A stretch of 64,000 nucleotides of DNA, taken from contig CAWGLD010000005.1 of assembly GCA_963823335.1 (NCBI GenBank), positions 128,001 through 192,000 on the forward strand, read 5' to 3'. This DNA is from an uncultured delta proteobacterium. GTDB lineage: Bacteria > Desulfobacterota > Desulfobacteria > Desulfobacterales > B30-G6. Of this stretch, positions 60,199-64,000 are shown piece by piece. The translations under genes and the position numbers were made by a program. The notes beneath the pieces were generated by a model that saw nothing but the letters and a program-made list of their open reading frames with translations, made no database searches and was not told where the DNA came from. Each line of letters begins with the position of its first letter. Position 1 is the stretch's first letter.

Positions 60199-60274
60199 GT
60201 AAACCGCAACAGCGAGCGCATTCCCCATAGGTTCTGCCGTTCGGCAGTGCTTCGCATGCTGCGAGGTTCTTCAA
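60199..60274. repeat. REP/MITE-like element, family A (intermediate form)
   Basis: AAACCGCAACAGCGAGCGCATTCCCCATAGGTTCTGCCGTTCGGCAGTGCTTCGCATGCTGCGAGGTTCTTCAA is nearly identical to the first part of 18749-18873. Confidence 0.88.
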
Positions 60275-60327
60275 AACCGTATCTGATCTGGAAATATAAT
60301 TTTCCAGACGCTGGAAAGGAGGCCAAA

Positions 60328-61815
60328 TTGATTCTGAAAGTCATCCCTATCTTAATAATCGTTGCTTACATGGTGGTCTGTCTTGTGGTCGGTTATACTG
60401 TTTTCCGTTCTAAAGCCAAAATGAAATCCGGAGATTATTTTATCGGAGATCGAACCAGCGGTTCTTTTGTGGGACCCATGTCCTACATATCCACGGTATT
60501 CAGCGCTCTTGTCTTCATGGGTGCCGTAGGTATTTATTTTGCCCTCGGTATTGGTTTCAATATCTTTCTTATCAGTGAAATGTTTCTCCTGGCTGTGTTT
60601 GTCCCCACGGTGGGATATCTCTTCTGGCGGCTGGCCCACCAACACCAATACGTAACACCAGCGGACCTGATGACCCATCGCTACGGAAACGGACGGACTG
60701 TCCGGATCATCGTGGGCTTGAACACCGTCGGTTTTATGATATTCTTCATGGCCACCCAAATCGTCGGCATTTCTTACATCATGGAAACCATTACCGGCGG
60801 GCTGATGAGCTATGGTGCCTCGGTTATCCTTATTTCGGTCGTTCTGGCCTTTTATATCGTTTTGGGTGGATTCCGTGCCATAGAGTACACCGACACCTTC
60901 CAGGTGATTATTCTCATGACCTGTGTCGTGGGTACCTTTTTATTTTTAAGCACGAGTATTGACTGGACGGCTGCTTTCGTCCAGGCGCAACAGATCCGTC
61001 CGGCACTTTTCAAGGCTCCGGGCCCGATACCCATCTACACGACCAAGCTTTATATGTCTCAACTCTTTGTCATCGGTCTCGGGTTTGCACTGATGCCGCA
61101 ACTCTGGGTACGGATATACGCCGTCAAGAACGAAAAAGGCCTGCAGAATATCGTGACCTATTTTATCGGGAGCACGATCATCCTGTTCATTATTTCGTTT
61201 TTCCTGGCTGTGGCTGCTGCGCCAATTATTGGCAAACTGTTCGCCGAAGGAGAAAAACTTGTCCCGGCCAAAATTGTCATGAAGCTCATGTTCAGCAACA
61301 TGCCTTCCTGGCTGGCAGCTACGCTGCTTACCGGAGCTATCGCGGCGACCATGTCAACCGTGGACTCGGCGGTGCTGGCCCTCAGTTCCATCCTGACCAT
61401 CGATCTTTACCGCAAGCCGTTCAATCCCGAAATGAACCCGGCAAAAGAGGCCACTGTCGGGCGGATTGTCAGTGTATTGCTGATAGCCATCATGGCAGTT
61501 CTGGCCTTTTATCCACCGCAGTTGCTATTCAATTCGCTCATAGACATGGCCTATCCCGGATTGGTAACCCTTGCACCGGCTGCCATCTTGGGTATGTTCT
61601 GGAAAAAAGCCGGAACCGCTGCCGCGATCTCCAGTATTGTGTCGGGCTCTGTCCTGGCCGTGTATCTGATTTTTCATAAAAACCCAATGGGGCTCTACTC
61701 AGGTTTCTGGACCCTGCTGCTCAGTTTGGCGGTCTTCGGGGCAGTGACGTTTCTTATGCCATCAAAAGACGCAAGCTTTTTCAGGGATGTCGAGCGTGTC
61801 AGTGTTCATGAGTAA
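60328..61815 (+). CDS. Sodium:solute symporter (SSS family)
   Basis: DYFIGDR, GGFRAIEYTDTFQ, AATMSTVDS, many TM helices; TTG start after AAGGAGG. Confidence 0.9.
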   Translation: MILKVIPILIIVAYMVVCLVVGYTVFRSKAKMKSGDYFIGDRTSGSFVGPMSYISTVFSALVFMGAVGIYFALGIGFNIFLISEMFLLAVFVPTVGYLFWRLAHQHQYVTPADLMTHRYGNGRTVRIIVGLNTVGFMIFFMATQIVGISYIMETITGGLMSYGASVILISVVLAFYIVLGGFRAIEYTDTFQVIILMTCVVGTFLFLSTSIDWTAAFVQAQQIRPALFKAPGPIPIYTTKLYMSQLFVIGLGFALMPQLWVRIYAVKNEKGLQNIVTYFIGSTIILFIISFFLAVAAAPIIGKLFAEGEKLVPAKIVMKLMFSNMPSWLAATLLTGAIAATMSTVDSAVLALSSILTIDLYRKPFNPEMNPAKEATVGRIVSVLLIAIMAVLAFYPPQLLFNSLIDMAYPGLVTLAPAAILGMFWKKAGTAAAISSIVSGSVLAVYLIFHKNPMGLYSGFWTLLLSLAVFGAVTFLMPSKDASFFRDVERVSVHE

Positions 61816-61856
61816 GATGACCTGTTTCACCACACATGGGTCTGGAGAGAAGCATT

Positions 61857-62468
61857 ATGATGGTTGAAGAGTATGTTAGTAAAATCGCCCAGCGGATAAA
61901 AAACCGCCGGATCGAACTGGGTCTTTCTATTCGGGAAGCAGCGAGGTTAACTGACACGTCTCCCTCGACGATCCAGAAAATCGAATCGAACGAGATGGTC
62001 CCATCCATAGCGATTCTAATGAAGATTGCCCGTGGTCTCAATCAAAAGGTCACCTCTTTTTTTGAGAACGCGTCCGAACCCCGGAAAGTAGTGTTGGTGC
62101 GCCATGATGAGCGAAGGTCGACGACAATCCCCGCCTCCGGTCTCAAGGTTGAGGACTTGGGCTCATCGATAGAAGACGCTCGGCTGGAAGCATCGATCCT
62201 GACCATAGAAAAAGGGGGCAGCAGTGGGAAGGATCCCCTCATCCACGAGGGAGAGGAAATCAAGTTCTGTATGAAAGGCAAAATCGGTTACACAATCAGT
62301 GATGAAGAGTATGTGCTCGAAGCTGGAGACTGTATCCATTTTAAATCAGGAAACCCTCACTACTGGAAGAACGAAGATGCCGGAACCACGCGGGTTTTCT
62401 CTGTTGTGTTCAACGGTCCCTATTCCCAGCCGGCAAGAACAAAAAATGGGCGGGTAAAAAAAAGATAG
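61857..62468 (+). CDS. XRE-family HTH plus cupin transcriptional regulator (PuuR/SutR-like)
   Basis: RIKNRRIELGLS..SPSTIQKIES..PSI; HEGEE; GDCIHFKSGNPH. Confidence 0.9.
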   Translation: MMVEEYVSKIAQRIKNRRIELGLSIREAARLTDTSPSTIQKIESNEMVPSIAILMKIARGLNQKVTSFFENASEPRKVVLVRHDERRSTTIPASGLKVEDLGSSIEDARLEASILTIEKGGSSGKDPLIHEGEEIKFCMKGKIGYTISDEEYVLEAGDCIHFKSGNPHYWKNEDAGTTRVFSVVFNGPYSQPARTKNGRVKKR

Positions 62469-62554
62469 TCACAACCGGAAAACACTGCAGGACAATTAAA
62501 AAATCTGAACAAATTCATTGGTATGTGAAACAAAGCCGAAAAGGAGGAAAACCC

Positions 62555-63718
62555 ATGAGAGAACATGCCCTTTTTAATATGAGCTCCGGACCTGTCCAGG
62601 GAAGTGCCCGGACACTCCGGGCGCTATCCCAGCAAATTCTTTACCATCACGATCCTGAGTTTGCTGAGATATTTGATGCCTGCACCGAAAAACTGCAACG
62701 GTTTTTCAAGACATCAGGAGATGTCATTATCATGCAGGGTGAGGCACTCCTGGGCTTGGAAGCTGCGGCGTTCTGTACGATCGAACCCGGTGACAAATGT
62801 CTCAATTTAGTGTCCGGGATATACGGTCATCTATATGCCTGGTACATAGAGGCCTTCGGCGGCCAGATAGTTGAAGTGAGGACCGATTACAACAAGGCTA
62901 TCGATCCGGCCGAGGTGGAGAAGGCTTTTGCTGAGAACCCGGACATCAAGATCATGGCGGTTGTACACAGTGAGACACCTTCGGGAACTGTCAACCCCAT
63001 CGAGGACCTCTGCCCCATCGCTAAGAAATACGGCGCAATAACTATCGTCGATGCAGTTTCTTCCATTGGTGGGACAGAAGTGAATGTAGACGACTGGGGG
63101 ATCGACATCTGTTGTATCGGCCCGCAGAAGTGCCTGGCGTCGTCCCCGGGACTTGCACCAGTGGCTGTGAGTGAAGATGCCTGGGAAAAGATGCGCACTA
63201 AATCCAAGCCAGTGAGGTACTCCTACATGAGCATGCTCGATTTTAAAGAGCAATGGCTGTGTGAGAAAGAAAAGCGCAGTTTTCCGTATACCATGTTTAC
63301 CAATGAAGTCGTGGCCCTTGACGAAACCCTGGATCAGGTGTTTGAGGAAGGTCTGGAAAATATGATCGCTCGACACAAAACGGCGGCCAGAATGGCGCGT
63401 GCCGGGGTTAAGGGGATGGGACTTTCACTCTGGGCAGACACGGAAGACATCTGCGGGCCCTGCGCCACGGCGGTCAGAGCGCCGGACGGTGTCGACGAAG
63501 TCAAATTGCGGCGGCATCTTTATGATAAATATCGGATAACCATTTCCGGTGGATTCCGCGAACTTAAAGGAAAACTTTTCCGACTGGGCCATATGGGGCC
63601 GACGGCCAACCCTGCCTATGTCGCCATGCAGTTGGCAATGGTGGAAAAATCACTCCACGATATGGGCTACCCGGTTAAACTCGGCAGCGGTGTTGGGGCG
63701 GCTCTGGAAGCGATTTAA
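62555..63718 (+). CDS. Class V aminotransferase, pyridoxamine-pyruvate transaminase-like
   Basis: SGPV, YHHDP, QGEALLGLEAAA, ETPSGTVNP, DAVSS, GPQKCL, TAVRAPDGVDE, RLGHMGPTA. Glu replaces the usual Ser/Thr of the phosphate-binding loop. Confidence 0.8.
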   Translation: MREHALFNMSSGPVQGSARTLRALSQQILYHHDPEFAEIFDACTEKLQRFFKTSGDVIIMQGEALLGLEAAAFCTIEPGDKCLNLVSGIYGHLYAWYIEAFGGQIVEVRTDYNKAIDPAEVEKAFAENPDIKIMAVVHSETPSGTVNPIEDLCPIAKKYGAITIVDAVSSIGGTEVNVDDWGIDICCIGPQKCLASSPGLAPVAVSEDAWEKMRTKSKPVRYSYMSMLDFKEQWLCEKEKRSFPYTMFTNEVVALDETLDQVFEEGLENMIARHKTAARMARAGVKGMGLSLWADTEDICGPCATAVRAPDGVDEVKLRRHLYDKYRITISGGFRELKGKLFRLGHMGPTANPAYVAMQLAMVEKSLHDMGYPVKLGSGVGAALEAI

Positions 63719-63746
63719 TTTAAACAGGATGCAAGGGAGGCAAAAA

Positions 63747-64000
63747 ATGCTGAATTTTGCAAACGAGAAATGCGTTAACTGTCGACTCTGTGAGGAGGTC
63801 TGCTCTTTCAGACTTACCAATGCGGTTTATCCCGGTGTTGCGGCTATTCGCATCGGTCGGGAGGAAGGCAGGTGGGGGACACCCTATGCCATGGTTTGTA
63901 ATCTGTGTGAGGGTTTGGAAGAACAGAAATGCATAACGGCATGTCCGGAAGATGCGCTCAACCTTGGTAACGGGGTGATCGTTTGGGATGATGAAAAATG
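63747..64000 (+). CDS. 4Fe-4S dicluster (ferredoxin-like) protein; runs off the window edge
   Basis: Manual translation MLNFANEKCVNCRLCEEVCS...VCNLCEGLEEQKCITACPEDAL...; RBS GGGAGG. Confidence 0.85.
   Translation, partial: MLNFANEKCVNCRLCEEVCSFRLTNAVYPGVAAIRIGREEGRWGTPYAMVCNLCEGLEEQKCITACPEDALNLGNGVIVWDDEK

Overview
Gene-dense bacterial window, probably from an anaerobic sulfate-reducing deltaproteobacterium (Desulfobacterales-like). This is inferred from gene content (selenocysteine SelD, CooS, W-type AOR, sigma54 systems) and the style of intergenic repeats. From left to right: (1) a 4Fe-4S protein, a Dabb protein, an HD protein and an acyl-CoA ligase/Liv-type ABC uptake operon; (2) a CO/NO island with cooS, small metal/FeS proteins, a hemerythrin-PAS protein, qNor and an Rrf2 regulator; (3) selD with an in-frame UGA and SECIS, ybaK, a cyclophilin and an orphan dnaK; (4) a dCache hybrid kinase and sigma54 activator facing a sigma54 promoter that drives a Pot-type ABC/SDR/amidase operon, followed by gcvPA-gcvPB (no H, T or L genes), an NAD-kinase-family gene, a DegT aminotransferase, an atypical transketolase and an aminotransferase; (5) a second Liv-type ABC operon and an SLC13/TrkA-C permease; (6) a divergon pairing a Pot-type ABC plus alkyl-sulfatase arm with an AOR, Na+/solute symporter, XRE-cupin regulator, pyridoxamine-pyruvate-transaminase-like gene and ferredoxin. 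Block 6 is the best candidate for an undescribed pathway, possibly anaerobic vitamin B6 or amine catabolism. About ten single-base frameshifts between 27 and 49 kb look like sequencing errors rather than pseudogenes. Several REP/MITE-like repeat families are present. I saw no rRNA, tRNA, CRISPR array or intact transposase. All product calls come from motif recognition, not database searches.
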